From NCBI GenBank assembly GCA_977017645.1, contig OZ360243.1:69130001-69194000 (forward strand): DNA of 64,000 nt, read 5' to 3'. The translations under genes were made by a program, and so were the position numbers. The notes beneath the pieces were generated by a model, which did not search any database, was not told the origin of the DNA, and saw only the letters and a list, made by a program, of their open reading frames with translations. Below, one piece after another: positions 62,061 through 64,000 of this stretch. Position 1 is the stretch's first letter; every line of letters begins with the position of its first letter. Source of the DNA: Torpedo marmorata (taxonomy: Eukaryota).

Positions 62061-63311
62061 TGGGCACTTTGTGACAGGTTGGCAGGAATGGGGCAAGAGT
62101 GGCTTCGTTCTTCTGAGACTTTTCACGTCACTGCCGAGCAGCACTCTCGCTTGGGGAGATTTCCCCAACCTCTGTCTCAATGCAGTCAGAGCACTCAGGT
62201 ATAAAGCAGGACTTCACGACCTTGTCACAGTCGGAACACAGTGGGAACTTCCATGGTAAACATCCTCTGACCACTGTACAGGCATTTTACAACAATATCT
62301 GCGATAGCACCGTCTGCATCACTATAACACCCTTGGCCTAGTTACCAGCTTCCGAACACATGCAGCCAATGGAAATGTCAGTCCATCTCGGCACTGAACA
62401 GCTTCTAACCAGGTCCATCAAACTGAAGAATCAGACAACACACGTTATGCTCCCAAAACTGAGGCTAATTAACTTTAGTTGAATTAACATTTAGCTGATT
62501 TAATAGTGCACACAGGTTTTACGACCAGGTATTTAAATGTTTTAGAAAGTTAAAATACTTCTGGGCTATGATATCACAGTATTCACAGAGCTCACGGTGA
62601 CAAGGAGTAGGCAGCAAATGGAACTACTTGGGGACTGGTTAAGGAGAGGTGGATTGCATTATGCAAGAGAAGTCCATTCCCATCATGTTTGCCCACTGAT
62701 CTTGGTTACACCTTCAGTGACAGACATCAGAAGGAGGTATTGGAGTGAAATATCTCGAGCAGGATTGTAGGGTCGGGTTCTGTACTGTGGGAGAGGGTCT
62801 GTGTGGGGATGTGGGAGGGAGCAGGACTGAGAGTTGGGAACTGACAGAGTGAGATCGCCCCAGATTGAGTAGGAGGTCCCAGAACCTGACTTCACAAAAA
62901 GCCTGCTGACTGTCAATGTACCCAGCTGATGTGCCATAACAGATCGTTAAAGACCCAGTCTCCACCACTGTGTGAACAGCCGTATTGTACTGATGGTATC
63001 AAACACAACCTGCTGGAGGAACTCAGCAGGTCAAGCAGCATTGGTGGGCGATAAAGAATGGTCGACGTTTTGAGCCGAGACACTTCAAGCAGATTGTGTT
63101 GGGTTTCACATACCAGCATCTGCAGTCTCCTGTGTGTCTCCTTGTACTGATGGTGTGGCAGCTTTTGACTCGACGACTCACATGTTGAAAAGACCCCCCT
63201 TGTGAGCTCGAGGTTGCTGTACCTCTACTAACACAGGTGTGATATTTCTTTCTCCGTCCATTCACTGGAATTGGGCTGTGGCTTGTTTCCAAGGGCAGTT
63301 ATGGGTCTCCC

Positions 63312-63438
63312 TATGTATTGTTTGTCTGTATGTGTGTTATGTCTGGTTGTGTGTCTGCATGTTTTGCACCGAGGACTGGAGAACGCTGTTTCGTCAGGTT
63401 GTACTTGTACAATCAGATGACAATAAACTTGACTTGAC
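63312..63438 (+). mobile_element. Rex1-like 3' tail fragment (a similar one lies at 33823-33962)
   Basis: gttttgcaccgaggac...aataaacttgacttgac. Confidence 0.8.
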
Positions 63439-64000
63439 TATATTGCCGTAGTTTTGGTCTCAGGCACTGGCCAGAAGCTGATCAGAATCATGGATTCTGT
63501 CCCCTGATGAACATCCATGACCAAATCACACACATCTCAAAACACTGTCTTTGAACATAGAACATAGAGCACGTGAACAGGCCCTTCTACCCACAATGTC
63601 TGTGCTGAACATGATTCAACTCAATCTCTCCTGCCTGCACATGATCCATATCCCTCCAGTCCCTGTCTGTTCACGAATGCATCGAGAAGCCTACGTGACC
63701 TGCTGAGTTTCTCCAGCACTTCTGTGTATTGCACTGCAGTCACAGTGTCTGCAGACCTTCCTGTTTAACTCTTAAACATTATTATTGTTCTTTTTCCACC
63801 ACTACTCCTGGCAACCGTTCCAGGCACCTCTGTGTAAAAACCCAGCCCTGCACATCTCGTTTACACTTTCCCCCTCTCACCTTAAATGCATGTCATCCAG
63901 TATTTGACTTTTTAAGCCTGGGGATAATCTCGGCTCTGTCCGTCGCAATTACGTGGATCTCCCCATCCCATTCCCTTGCTGACATGTCTGTCCACGGTTT

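Overview
Eukaryotic, repeat-dense genomic DNA, most likely from a cartilaginous fish (ray/shark-type CR1 LINEs and HE1/V-SINE-like tRNA SINEs; this is an inference). The only host coding sequence I can support is one 95-nt minus-strand exon (17267-17361) encoding PKLLAKELLDLVASHFSLKEKEYFGIAFTDET, part of the FERM domain of FRMD4A. The window is therefore probably almost all FRMD4A intron. The rest is a nested record of mobile DNA: the 5' LTR and open gag-protease of a BEL/Pao retrotransposon whose Gag starts with a SAP-like motif; L1, CR1 and Rex1/Babar LINEs; Penelope-like elements (PLEs); Tc1, Tigger, hAT and piggyBac DNA transposons or MITEs; tRNA- and 5S-derived SINEs; LINE-derived minisatellites; and a gapped AC-rich tract. 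The most notable signal is a set of PLE-derived minimal hammerhead ribozyme motifs with a family-wide U3 core variant and covarying stem II. They recur as short TSD-flanked inverted (hairpin) insertions. An unclassified ~800-bp non-coding retroposon is also present in several copies.
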